From positions 8,208 to 72,207 of the forward strand of contig URQZ01000005.1 of NCBI GenBank assembly GCA_900550255.1: a DNA stretch of 64,000 nucleotides. Direction: 5' to 3'. A program made the translations under genes and the position numbers. The DNA comes from an uncultured Mycoplasmatota bacterium. GTDB taxonomy: Bacteria; Bacillota_I; Bacilli_A; RF39; UBA660. The notes beneath the pieces were generated by a model. That model worked only from the letters and a program-made list of their open reading frames with translations. It made no database searches and was not told the DNA's origin. Shown here one piece after another: positions 50,942-60,564 of the stretch (positions within the stretch are counted from its first letter, which is position 1; every line of letters starts with the position of its first letter).

Positions 50942-50972
50942 AGATTTTGCTAAATAAACAAAATCTTTTTTT
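50941..50972 (+). terminator. Rho-independent terminator after the degenerate Nudix gene
   Basis: 9-bp stem aagattttg/caaaatctt, 9-nt loop, T7 run. Confidence 0.6.
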
Positions 50973-51062
50973 AATATTAAAAAAAATTATATAGTATATT
51001 GATTTTTGGTATTTTTAATTATATAGGTTTTTAGTATATAATTTGATTAATGAGGTGATATA

Positions 51063-52583
51063 ATGCTTGAAAATCCAGGATCAATAGAAAGATTATTAGA
51101 AAAAAATCCACTTTTACGAAATAAGGTTAGAGGATTACCTAATTTAGGTAAAAGATTAAATGAAGAAGAATTTTCTACTGAAGTAAAAGAAATATATAAT
51201 GCTTTCTCTATTTATGGTAATGATTTATATATTTTGGAGAATGAAAAAATAAAAGATTTAGAAACTAGATCATTAGGTGGTGGAAGTCCAATGAAAACTG
51301 GTGCTTTTCCATTGTGTAAAAAAAGTATGATGGATACAATTCAATCTGATGACATGTTTGAATATCCATTAGCAGCTGGAGATGAAAAATCAAGAGAAGA
51401 AATAGTAGAATATTTAATTAAAGAAGGATTTAAAAGTAAAAATGGTGTAAACAAAGATAATATAATTTTTACAATATCATCAACACAAGCTTTTAATTTA
51501 ATAATGAATTTGATTGCACGACCACATGATGTTGTATTAATGACTGGACCGAATTATGGATTATTTACATTTGTTCCAGAGAGAAGTGCAGGTGCAACAG
51601 TTGAAATTTTACCATTATCTGCTGATGATAATTGGCAAGTAAATCCTGAAAAATTAAAAAATAAAATTAATGAATTAAATAAACAATTAGAAGAAAAATA
51701 TAAAGATAAACTAGATTATGTTCCAAAGGTTGTTGCATTTTTAAATGAAAATCCTCATAATCCATTAGGAAAAGTTATGGGAAAAAATGAAAGCAAATTG
51801 CTTTATAATATTGGTAAAGTTTGTTTAGAAGAAGGCGTATTTGTCATTGATGATATTATTTATAGGGATTTAACATTTGATAGAGATAATATGGCTATGC
51901 CAATGGGAACTAATCCTGAGTTATTTGATAATACAATAACTATTACAGGTTTGTCAAAATGTTATGGTTTAGCTTCATTACGTGCAGGAATGATCGTGGC
52001 ACCAGAACCTATAATTAGAGGGGTTAGAAATTTAATTTTTCAAAATATGGATTCTTCACCAGTTTTACAAGGAAAAGCGTTGGCAGGTGCATTTAATTCA
52101 TCAAATGAGAGATATATTGAATATGAAAAGTATTTTAATCCAATTATAAAAGAATATAAGTATAGATTAGAATTACTTAAAGCGTTAGTAGAGGGAATTG
52201 ATTACATAACAGATTTAAAGTTAAAATTGGCAATTGAATGTGATATTAGAAAATATGCATCAAATGATTTTAATTGTAATGAATTATTGGAAGGAATTCC
52301 AAATGTTCATTTTCTAAAAAATTCAATACCAGATTCAGGATTCTTTGCATTATTAGATTATTCTAATTTAAAAGGAAAATCTGCTGATGGAAGAACAATA
52401 ACTTCCGAAATTGAATTATTGAAATACATGTATGAGCAAGAAAAAATTAAGATTATTCTTGGTCAATCAATTTCATTTCCAAATAAAGAACAATTAATCG
52501 GTAGGGTTACAACAGCATTAGAACGAAATGAATTAATTAATCATATGGGAGCAATGAATAAATGCTTAAGGAAATTGAGGTAG
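51063..52583 (+). CDS. PLP-dependent aminotransferase, class I/II fold (506 aa, longer than typical)
   Basis: Candidate PLP-lysine motif GLSKCYGLASLRAG. The NPHNPLG motif is typical of class I aminotransferases. Confidence 0.8.
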   Translation: MLENPGSIERLLEKNPLLRNKVRGLPNLGKRLNEEEFSTEVKEIYNAFSIYGNDLYILENEKIKDLETRSLGGGSPMKTGAFPLCKKSMMDTIQSDDMFEYPLAAGDEKSREEIVEYLIKEGFKSKNGVNKDNIIFTISSTQAFNLIMNLIARPHDVVLMTGPNYGLFTFVPERSAGATVEILPLSADDNWQVNPEKLKNKINELNKQLEEKYKDKLDYVPKVVAFLNENPHNPLGKVMGKNESKLLYNIGKVCLEEGVFVIDDIIYRDLTFDRDNMAMPMGTNPELFDNTITITGLSKCYGLASLRAGMIVAPEPIIRGVRNLIFQNMDSSPVLQGKALAGAFNSSNERYIEYEKYFNPIIKEYKYRLELLKALVEGIDYITDLKLKLAIECDIRKYASNDFNCNELLEGIPNVHFLKNSIPDSGFFALLDYSNLKGKSADGRTITSEIELLKYMYEQEKIKIILGQSISFPNKEQLIGRVTTALERNELINHMGAMNKCLRKLR

Positions 52584-52585
52584 CT

Positions 52586-53494
52586 ATGTATAGAATTGGA
52601 ATTGTTTCATGTGATAAATGGAAAAATAAAATAATAGAAGATATTTTGTTAAAAGAAGAATTAACTAGTATGGGTCATAATGCTGAAATAATTTCTTGGC
52701 AACAACCATTAAATAACAATTATGATATATTGATATTAAGATCAGTTTGGGGATATCAAAATGATTATTCTAATTTCAAAAAATGGTTGATATCCTTAAA
52801 TGATAAGAAAATTAAAATTGTTAATGATGTAGATTTGATTATTAATAATATTGATAAATTTAGACAATTTGAGATACTAAAAAAATATAATAAGAGTATT
52901 ATTAAAACCGTTTTTTTAAAAGATTATATTGCTGATTTTCAAAGTTTAGAAGAAAAAATAAATTCAATTAAGAGTGATCTTTGTGTAATTAAACCATCAA
53001 TTTCTGGTAGTGGTGAAAATACTTTTCTTTTTTCAAAGACAAATAAATTAATTGATATACCTAATTTCATAAAAAAAGATGAAGTATTAAAAAAAATAAA
53101 TATAATATTAGAAAAAAATGACGATTGTCGAATAATGATTCAACCATATATAAAAGAAATTAATAGTGGTGAATATTCGTGTATATTTATAGATGGTAAT
53201 TTATCTCATGTGATGCTAAGATTTCCAAATGTTTTTCATGAAAAGAAACAACCATACATAATAAATGAAGTACCTAAATGTATTATGGATTTAGCAATGG
53301 CTATTGAAAAAATTCCAGAATATTCAAATTATTTATATATGCGAGTTGATATTGTAATTCAAAATGGTATTGCAAAAGTAATGGAAGTAGAACTTGCTGA
53401 ACCAGATTTATTAACAAGATATGTAGATACATATGAAAAACAAAATGAAATAATCAAATCTTTATCAGAGGGTTTGGAAAGGAGAATAAAATAA
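52586..53494 (+). CDS. ATP-grasp family ligase (RimK/glutathione-synthetase-like), substrate unknown
   Basis: ATP-grasp pattern VIKPSISGSGENTF...IMIQPYIKEI...MEVELAEPDL. The ATG at 52586 follows GAGG, 2 nt after the aminotransferase stop. Confidence 0.65.
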   Translation: MYRIGIVSCDKWKNKIIEDILLKEELTSMGHNAEIISWQQPLNNNYDILILRSVWGYQNDYSNFKKWLISLNDKKIKIVNDVDLIINNIDKFRQFEILKKYNKSIIKTVFLKDYIADFQSLEEKINSIKSDLCVIKPSISGSGENTFLFSKTNKLIDIPNFIKKDEVLKKINIILEKNDDCRIMIQPYIKEINSGEYSCIFIDGNLSHVMLRFPNVFHEKKQPYIINEVPKCIMDLAMAIEKIPEYSNYLYMRVDIVIQNGIAKVMEVELAEPDLLTRYVDTYEKQNEIIKSLSEGLERRIK

Positions 53495-54207
53495 TGAATT
53501 CTATAAAAATAGCATTTACTGGTGGACCATGTGGTGGAAAAAGTACATCATTAAATTATTTTAAAGAACAATTAAAAAAAGAAAATTACAATATTGGTAT
53601 TGTTTCTGAAACAGCAACGGAACTTTTATCATTAGGTATTCTTCCTGGAAATAATATTACTTTAATAGATTTTCAAAATCTTTTATTCAAAATTCAATTT
53701 ATAAAAGAATATAAAAAGGAGAACGAAAAACAAATATTGTTATGTGATAGAGGATTATTAGATGGGAATGTGTATTTAGAAAATAATGCTTTTGAAAAAA
53801 TATTATTTGATAATAGAATAAAAAAAGATGAACTTATTTCAACATATGATGGTGTACTTTATTTTAAAACAATAGCAAATGATTTTCCAGAAAAATTCAA
53901 GCTGATGAGAAAATATGAAACACCAGAAGTTGGAATTACTAGAGATAAAAAATGTTATATGGTTTGGCTTGATAAAATTATAAATGATGAGTGCGATAAT
54001 CAAAATGGTATAGAATTTAAACAAGTTCAATTATTTGATTATTTAATAAAACATTTAGATTCTATTGATATGACTAAAACCAAAACATTGTCGGATTATT
54101 ATGATATAAATCACTTAAATTTTATTAAAAATAGTATAGATAATATTTTTAATAAAAGTATATTTTCTGATGATCAAATTCAAAAAGTAAGGAGATTGAC
54201 TATATGA
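53494..54207 (+). CDS. P-loop NTPase/kinase of the AAA_28 (NadR-kinase-like) type
   Basis: N-terminal Walker A FTGGPCGGKST, about 237 aa. Start overlaps the upstream stop (TAATG). Confidence 0.55.
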   Translation: MNSIKIAFTGGPCGGKSTSLNYFKEQLKKENYNIGIVSETATELLSLGILPGNNITLIDFQNLLFKIQFIKEYKKENEKQILLCDRGLLDGNVYLENNAFEKILFDNRIKKDELISTYDGVLYFKTIANDFPEKFKLMRKYETPEVGITRDKKCYMVWLDKIINDECDNQNGIEFKQVQLFDYLIKHLDSIDMTKTKTLSDYYDINHLNFIKNSIDNIFNKSIFSDDQIQKVRRLTI

Positions 54208-55460
54208 AAACATTATTATATTTTGAAGAGTATGAAAGTAATTTATCTCACAAACTTTTTGAAAGAACTGATATTTTGCCAATAATATTGAGAACAACTA
54301 AAAATATGAGGTTTTTTTCTCAAGAATATTTAAAAGAAACACAAAAATATAAAATTTATATTGTAGATTATTTCAATGATATGGATGAGGAAGTTATAAA
54401 ATTTAAAAAATGGTTATATGAGAATAAGTTAGTTATTGATTATTTTTTAAATGATTCTGAATATTATTTGGAATATTCAAATAAATTTGCAGAAAAATTA
54501 GGATTAAATGCATTATCTGCACAACAAATTTTGTGGGTAAGAGATAAAGTAGAAATGAAAAAAAGGTTTCGAGAAATTGGATTGGATACAGTTGATTTTT
54601 ATGAAGTTAATGATAAAAATGAAATAAAAAAAATATTTTTTGAATCAGGTAGAGAAAAGATGATTTTTAAGCCACGTCGTGGTATGAATAGCATAGATAC
54701 ATATATAATTAATTCGGAAGATGATATTGATAATTTAAATATAAATATAGAACCTGGAAAATATATGCTTGAACAATTTTGTTATGATCATGAGTGGTCA
54801 ATAGAAAGCATTGTACAAGATGGAAAAGTAATAGATTCATATGTTACGTATATCCCAAATCCTACAATTTGGGCATCTATTGCAAATGAACTAAATTGTC
54901 ATATGACTATCCCAAAAATTCCAAACTATTTTAAATTTACACCAAAGGAGTATATTCAACAGATAGTTTCAGGTATGAATCTTAAAGATGGTGCAATGAC
55001 AATTGAAGTATTTATCAGTAATGATGGAAATATTAAAGCTAGTGAATTAGGATGGAGATTGCCTGGATGTCAAGCTACATTAAATCATAGTTATTCATAT
55101 GGAATAGATATTTATAATGCATTACTAGATATTGCCATTCATGATAAAGTTAGTTTTCAATATAGAAATCCTATAATAAGTGTCGGAGATTTATATTTGC
55201 CTAATAAGGAAGGTATAATTAGTAACATTACTCCATTATCGGATTTATTAAAAATGGACGGAGCAATTGATGGTGAATTATTTACTAAAGTAGGTGAATT
55301 TCAAAAGAAAAGAAGAGTGGGAAATGATGCCTCAGGATGGATTCAAGTTGCTGGTGCAGATGAAAACGACACATTGAGAAAAATGCAGTATATTTTTGAT
55401 AATTTTGAAATAGAAGTTAAAGATGAGTACAAGGAGAAAAAATATGTTAAAAAAATTTAG
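54204..55460 (+). CDS. ATP-grasp family ligase (L-amino-acid-ligase/carboxylate-amine-ligase-like), substrate unknown
   Basis: 418 aa with KMIFKPRRGMNSIDTYII...MLEQF...ASELGWRLPG ATP-grasp features. ATGA overlap with the upstream gene. Confidence 0.6.
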   Translation: MKTLLYFEEYESNLSHKLFERTDILPIILRTTKNMRFFSQEYLKETQKYKIYIVDYFNDMDEEVIKFKKWLYENKLVIDYFLNDSEYYLEYSNKFAEKLGLNALSAQQILWVRDKVEMKKRFREIGLDTVDFYEVNDKNEIKKIFFESGREKMIFKPRRGMNSIDTYIINSEDDIDNLNINIEPGKYMLEQFCYDHEWSIESIVQDGKVIDSYVTYIPNPTIWASIANELNCHMTIPKIPNYFKFTPKEYIQQIVSGMNLKDGAMTIEVFISNDGNIKASELGWRLPGCQATLNHSYSYGIDIYNALLDIAIHDKVSFQYRNPIISVGDLYLPNKEGIISNITPLSDLLKMDGAIDGELFTKVGEFQKKRRVGNDASGWIQVAGADENDTLRKMQYIFDNFEIEVKDEYKEKKYVKKI

Positions 55461-56211
55461 TTTAGTAATTTTGTTTAGTATTTTATTCATAACAGGATGT
55501 ACAAATAAGGTAAAAGTAATAAATAGTATAGAAGATTTAAGTAGTAGCAATATAGGCGTTTATACTGGCTCTGAATATGATATTATTCTTTCCAAAAAAA
55601 TATCTGATGCAAAACCAAAATATTATAATAGTTATAGTGATCAAATTTCTGCATTAAAATCTGGTAAAATTGATGGCTTTTTAAGTGATGAGCCATTAGC
55701 AAAAGAAATAATTAATAATAATAAAAATCTAAAAATATTGAAAAAAATAACCAATGATAGTTATGCCTATGCAATAAATCCGAAAAAAAATGATTTAAAG
55801 AAACAAATAGATGAGCAATTAAAAAAAATGAAAGATAATGGAATTTTATCTTCATTTGAAGAAAAATGGATGGGTAATGACGAAGAAAAAAAAGTTTTAG
55901 GAAATTATAAATACGATCCTATAAATGGAATCATAAAGTATGCAACTGTATCAGGATCGGCACCATTTGCGTATATGAAAGACAATAAAATTGTTGGTTA
56001 TGATATTGATGTAATGATGTATATATGTAAAGAATTAGGATATAAATTAGAAATTATTGAAATGTCATTTGATGGTATTATTCCAGCGTTAAAATCTGGA
56101 AAAGTAGATATATCTGGTTGCTCAATAATTGTAACGGAAGAAAGAAAAAAATCAGTTATATTTTCAGAACCTAATTATACGGGCGGAATAGTAATAGTCA
56201 CAAGGAAGTAA
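55444..56211 (+). CDS. Polar amino-acid ABC transporter substrate-binding lipoprotein (SBP family 3)
   Basis: Lipobox LFITGC after the signal peptide. Two-lobe SBP_bac_3-like sequence. The ATG at 55444 follows AAGGAG. Confidence 0.8.
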   Translation: MLKKFSLVILFSILFITGCTNKVKVINSIEDLSSSNIGVYTGSEYDIILSKKISDAKPKYYNSYSDQISALKSGKIDGFLSDEPLAKEIINNNKNLKILKKITNDSYAYAINPKKNDLKKQIDEQLKKMKDNGILSSFEEKWMGNDEEKKVLGNYKYDPINGIIKYATVSGSAPFAYMKDNKIVGYDIDVMMYICKELGYKLEIIEMSFDGIIPALKSGKVDISGCSIIVTEERKKSVIFSEPNYTGGIVIVTRK

Positions 56212-56215
56212 GTAA

Positions 56216-56980
56216 ATGAAACGGAAAAATATATATTATATTGTTATAATTTTTTTAATAATTTTGATAACTATATTTAATTATAATGATATAGTTAAAA
56301 ATTTTAATAACATAGTAATAAGTTTTAATAGAACTTTAATTGAGGAAGATAGATATTTATTAATGCTTGAAGGACTAAAGTCAACTTTAGTTATATCTAT
56401 TTTTTCTATAATATTTGGAACAGTAATTGCATTTGTAATATTTTTGATGAGAGTAACAAAATTACCAAAATTAAGCAAGTTTATTGTTTCATTGTTGCAA
56501 GGAACACCATGTACAGTGTTATTATTAATTCTATATTATGTTGTGTTTGGAAAAGTTAACATTGAGCCTTTAATAGTAGCAATTATTGCATTTTCAATTT
56601 ATTTCGCTGCATATGTATCAGAGATTATTAGAGGGGCATATAATTCACTAAATAAAAATCAAATTTTATCAGCTTATTCATTAGGCTTTAATAAAGTTCA
56701 AACATTTAAATATGTTATATTACCACAAGTATTAACTTACACGATTCCTGTATATAAAAACGAATGTATTTCATTAATAAAAATGACATCAATTGCTGGA
56801 TATATTTCAATAATGGATTTAACAAAATCTAGTGATATTATAAGAAATAGAACATATGAGGCATTTTTTCCATTGATATTTACTGCGTTTGTATATTTTG
56901 TGATTTGCAAAATTGTTAGCTATTTATTAGATACAATTTATAAAAAAATTAATAAAAGAGGTGCAAAGAATGAAAAGTAA
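56216..56980 (+). CDS. Polar amino-acid ABC transporter permease
   Basis: HisM/GlnP-type permease with the EAA-like loop AYSLGFNKVQTFKYVILPQV. Confidence 0.8.
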   Translation: MKRKNIYYIVIIFLIILITIFNYNDIVKNFNNIVISFNRTLIEEDRYLLMLEGLKSTLVISIFSIIFGTVIAFVIFLMRVTKLPKLSKFIVSLLQGTPCTVLLLILYYVVFGKVNIEPLIVAIIAFSIYFAAYVSEIIRGAYNSLNKNQILSAYSLGFNKVQTFKYVILPQVLTYTIPVYKNECISLIKMTSIAGYISIMDLTKSSDIIRNRTYEAFFPLIFTAFVYFVICKIVSYLLDTIYKKINKRGAKNEK

Positions 56981-57638
56981 TATAATTTTGCAATTATGTG
57001 ATATTAGTAAATATTATAAAAATAATATGATATTCAATAATATAAATTTAACAGTTAATAAAGGTGAAGTTGTTTCAATAATAGGAAAAAGTGGATGTGG
57101 CAAAAGTTCGCTGCTAAAATGTATAAATAAATTAGAAAAAATTCAACAAGGAAAAATATTTATATATAATCATGATGTTGAAAATATAAAAGTTGAAGAC
57201 TTAAGAAAAAGAGTTGGTATTGTATTTCAAGATTATAATTTGTTTAGTCATTTAACAGTAATTGAAAATTTGACTATAGGATTAATGAAAATCAAAAAAA
57301 TGACAAAAAGTGAAAGCATAAAAAAAGCTGAGGAAATATTAAAGAAAATTGATTTAATAGATAAAAAAAATAATTATCCAGATGAATTATCAGGCGGACA
57401 GCAACAAAGAGTTGCAATTGCAAGAACTATTTTAATGAAACCTAATTTAATTTTGCTGGATGAACCTACAAGTGCTTTAGATAAAGAAAGTAAAAATAGT
57501 GTTTTTGATATGATAAAAGAATTAGTAAAAGAAAATATGACTATGATTATAGTTTCACATGAAGAACAATTTGTTGAAGAAATATCTGATAGGATTTTTA
57601 AATTAAATAAACATGAATTAAAGGAGATGAAAAAATGA
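56970..57638 (+). CDS. Polar amino-acid ABC transporter ATP-binding protein
   Basis: Walker A GKSGCGKSS, signature LSGGQQQRVAIAR, Walker B LILLDEPTSALD, H-loop VSHE. Confidence 0.9.
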   Translation: MKSNIILQLCDISKYYKNNMIFNNINLTVNKGEVVSIIGKSGCGKSSLLKCINKLEKIQQGKIFIYNHDVENIKVEDLRKRVGIVFQDYNLFSHLTVIENLTIGLMKIKKMTKSESIKKAEEILKKIDLIDKKNNYPDELSGGQQQRVAIARTILMKPNLILLDEPTSALDKESKNSVFDMIKELVKENMTMIIVSHEEQFVEEISDRIFKLNKHELKEMKK

Positions 57639-58786
57639 CAAATAAAGATTTGAGCATAGATGAATATAATAAACAGGAAATAGATGGAAAGGTAAATTTA
57701 TCAAATAGATTTATAAGAGCATTTAGACCTAAATTATTTGAAAATGGAGGTTTTCCAACTACTGTTGTTAAAGAAGAAGAATTAATTAGATACATAGACA
57801 GTATGCATGCTTATAGTTTAGAAAGACATTTTAAGGAATTATGTGGTGGAATAACCAAAGAAGAGTTTGAATTGTTAAAAAAATGTACTAGTGATATATT
57901 TGATGTAACAAAAAAATATTATGATGGTGATTTCTTAGTAAAAGCACCTATGATTGCTTCTATATGTGAAAAAAGAATTATAGAAGCTGCACTTGGAACA
58001 ACTAATTCTAAAAGAGTTTTTGAAATTGGTGGGGGTGCAGGAACATTAGGATCTTTATTGTTAGAAGACAAAGTAAACTATTCTGCAACTGATGTTACTC
58101 AAGCATTTTATTTAGTACAAAATAGATTATATAACTACATCACAAAATTTAATGTTAATGAATTAGCAAAAGAAAAATTAGATGAAAAATCTCCCTGTAT
58201 TCATGTTCCATATTGGGAATTATGGAATTTAAAGGATAAACCATTTAATATTGATTTAGTTGTTTCTAATCATGCATTATTAGAGATGAGCCCTAATTCA
58301 TTGAGATTTTATTTGAATTTTTGTAGAACAGCAATGGAAAAAAGTAATGATGGATTATTTGTTTTTCAAGGAGGAGGTTGGAGAATAGAACAAAATTTAA
58401 TAGACTTAATTCAATTGTTTGATGAATATGGTTATAATTTAAAATATTTCGATCATAGTAAGGAAATTGCAGCATTTTCATTAAGTAGTGGAAGTGTTAC
58501 AAAAGAAGTATTAGAAGCATTAAAAGAATTGTTGAAACAAGATGTTGAAAATGAAAAAATTTATGCATTAGGTAATCATATTAGAACAAGATTAAACAAA
58601 GATAAAATATATTATTGTGGTGATCTTGGTGAACGAATGAATGATAAATTTAATCAAATAAAACAAGCGCCAAAAATTGCTTTTGAAGAATTATTAGAAT
58701 TTTATAGTCAATTTGATAGTATTAAAGAATCTCCTGATGATGAATTTGGAAATTATATATTGAGTAAAAGGAAGGTTTTGGAATGA
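57635..58786 (+). CDS. Class I SAM-dependent methyltransferase-like protein (383 aa), substrate unknown
   Basis: Motif I VFEIGGGAGTLG followed by an acidic residue (ATDV). ATGA overlap with the upstream gene. Confidence 0.55.
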   Translation: MTNKDLSIDEYNKQEIDGKVNLSNRFIRAFRPKLFENGGFPTTVVKEEELIRYIDSMHAYSLERHFKELCGGITKEEFELLKKCTSDIFDVTKKYYDGDFLVKAPMIASICEKRIIEAALGTTNSKRVFEIGGGAGTLGSLLLEDKVNYSATDVTQAFYLVQNRLYNYITKFNVNELAKEKLDEKSPCIHVPYWELWNLKDKPFNIDLVVSNHALLEMSPNSLRFYLNFCRTAMEKSNDGLFVFQGGGWRIEQNLIDLIQLFDEYGYNLKYFDHSKEIAAFSLSSGSVTKEVLEALKELLKQDVENEKIYALGNHIRTRLNKDKIYYCGDLGERMNDKFNQIKQAPKIAFEELLEFYSQFDSIKESPDDEFGNYILSKRKVLE

Positions 58787-59415
58787 GCACTATAATTTTT
58801 GTTGGTGGATCAACAGCAAGTGGAAAAAGTACATTTGCAAAAGAATTAAACAAAAATTTAGATGGAAGTTTTATGTATAGAAGATTTCAATGTTTTTATG
58901 ATATTGCAAAGTTTAGAAATATTCCCTCTGATGAAATATTTGATAAAGTTTCTTCTGATGAGGTTGATAACTTTTTCCTAGAAAAATGCTTGAAACATGA
59001 TTATATAATTTCGGATGTTCATTATGCTGTTCAATTATTTCAAACAAAATCAAATTCAGAAATAGATGATAAATATTATCCAACAATATCAAATGAGTTA
59101 ATTAATAAGTTTTTGAATAATGATGTAAAAATAATTTGTATATATATATCTTGTTCTCCAAAAGAATGTGTTGAAAGATCAAATATAAGATATTTAGAAA
59201 CAGGAAAAGAAATAAAATATAAAACTATAGAACAAGCTATTATTGAGAATAATCATGAAAATTATGAATGGTATAGACTTTTAAATAATAAAGATATTTT
59301 AGGAATTGAATTAGATTCTGAAAACTATAAACCAACAGAACTTGTTGAACAATTTATTAATGTCATCAAAGAAGAAAAGAATAATTCTAAGATATTAAAA
59401 AAAGCAAATATGTAA
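58783..59415 (+). CDS. P-loop kinase-like protein (AAA_33/zeta-toxin-like fold class), substrate unknown
   Basis: N-terminal Walker A FVGGSTASGKST, about 210 aa. ATGA overlap with the upstream gene. Confidence 0.5.
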   Translation: MSTIIFVGGSTASGKSTFAKELNKNLDGSFMYRRFQCFYDIAKFRNIPSDEIFDKVSSDEVDNFFLEKCLKHDYIISDVHYAVQLFQTKSNSEIDDKYYPTISNELINKFLNNDVKIICIYISCSPKECVERSNIRYLETGKEIKYKTIEQAIIENNHENYEWYRLLNNKDILGIELDSENYKPTELVEQFINVIKEEKNNSKILKKANM

Positions 59416-59469
59416 TTATATTACAAATATGATATAATTATGATAATTTATGAGGAAGAAGGAATATAA

Positions 59470-59988
59470 ATGAAAGAAACAATTTATAATTATGATTATT
59501 TAACTGACAATGATATAACAGAAGTTGTCGTTAGGACGAAAGCATTAATAATTAAAAATGAAAATATTTTGGTTGGAAATGAAAACGGACTATTTCAATT
59601 TCCAGGAGGACATTTAGAAAAAAATGAAAGTATTACTAATTGTTTAAAAAGGGAAGTTTTAGAAGAAACAGGTATCGAACTTGATGACGAAGAAATAAAA
59701 CGTCCATTTTATAAAGTTACTTTCTTGTCTAAAGACTGGCCTGAAAAAGGAAAAAATAGAAAAGCTGAGATATATTATTATATTGTTGAAACTAACAAAG
59801 ATGTTAATCTATTAAAAACAAAATATACTGAACATGAAAAACAAGGCAATTTTAAAATAGAATCATTTAAACTTTCAGAAGCTGTAGATAAGATAAAAGA
59901 AAACATTCCAAATAATGAAAAGAATAAAATAATTTCACCAGATATGATTACTGCGATAGAAGAATATATAGAACAGAATAAGGATTAA
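59470..59988 (+). CDS. Nudix hydrolase (canonical Nudix box), paralog 1
   Basis: GGHLEKNESITNCLKREVLEETGIEL matches GX5EX7REUXEEXGU. Confidence 0.85.
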   Translation: MKETIYNYDYLTDNDITEVVVRTKALIIKNENILVGNENGLFQFPGGHLEKNESITNCLKREVLEETGIELDDEEIKRPFYKVTFLSKDWPEKGKNRKAEIYYYIVETNKDVNLLKTKYTEHEKQGNFKIESFKLSEAVDKIKENIPNNEKNKIISPDMITAIEEYIEQNKD

Positions 59989-59991
59989 AAA

Positions 59992-60564
59992 ATGAATTTT
60001 ATAGAAAAAAAATTTAATAGTAACGGACTAAAAGAAAATGATATTGATGAAATAACAACAAGAGCTAGAGCGTTGTTAATAAATTTAAATAACGAAATAT
60101 TAATGTGTTATTCAAATGGACTTTCACACTTTGAATTTCCAGGAGGGCATTTAGAAAAAAATGAGACACTTGAAGAATGCCTAATTAGAGAAATTTTAGA
60201 AGAAACAGGTATAGATATTTCAACTGAAAATAAAATACCATTCTATAATATAAAATATTATTGTAAAAATTACAAAAATAGTAATAAAAATCGATTAGTG
60301 CAAATATATTATTATATTGTTTATACTGATAAAGAATATGATCCCATAAAAAGAAATTTAGTAGAGAGTGAAATTGACCAAAATTATGAATGCAAATATA
60401 TACCATTTGAAATATTAAAAGGCGTTTTAACTGATAATTTAGAAACGACAAAAGAAAAGAATACTGCTTTATATGATATGATAAGAGTATGTAATGAGTA
60501 TTCAAAAATAAAAGATATGTTAAAGATTGAATGTGAAGGAGGAATTAAATGTGGAAGATTATGA
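59992..60564 (+). CDS. Nudix hydrolase (canonical Nudix box), paralog 2
   Basis: GGHLEKNETLEECLIREILEETGIDI. The N-terminal region is alignable to paralog 1. Confidence 0.85.
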   Translation: MNFIEKKFNSNGLKENDIDEITTRARALLINLNNEILMCYSNGLSHFEFPGGHLEKNETLEECLIREILEETGIDISTENKIPFYNIKYYCKNYKNSNKNRLVQIYYYIVYTDKEYDPIKRNLVESEIDQNYECKYIPFEILKGVLTDNLETTKEKNTALYDMIRVCNEYSKIKDMLKIECEGGIKCGRL

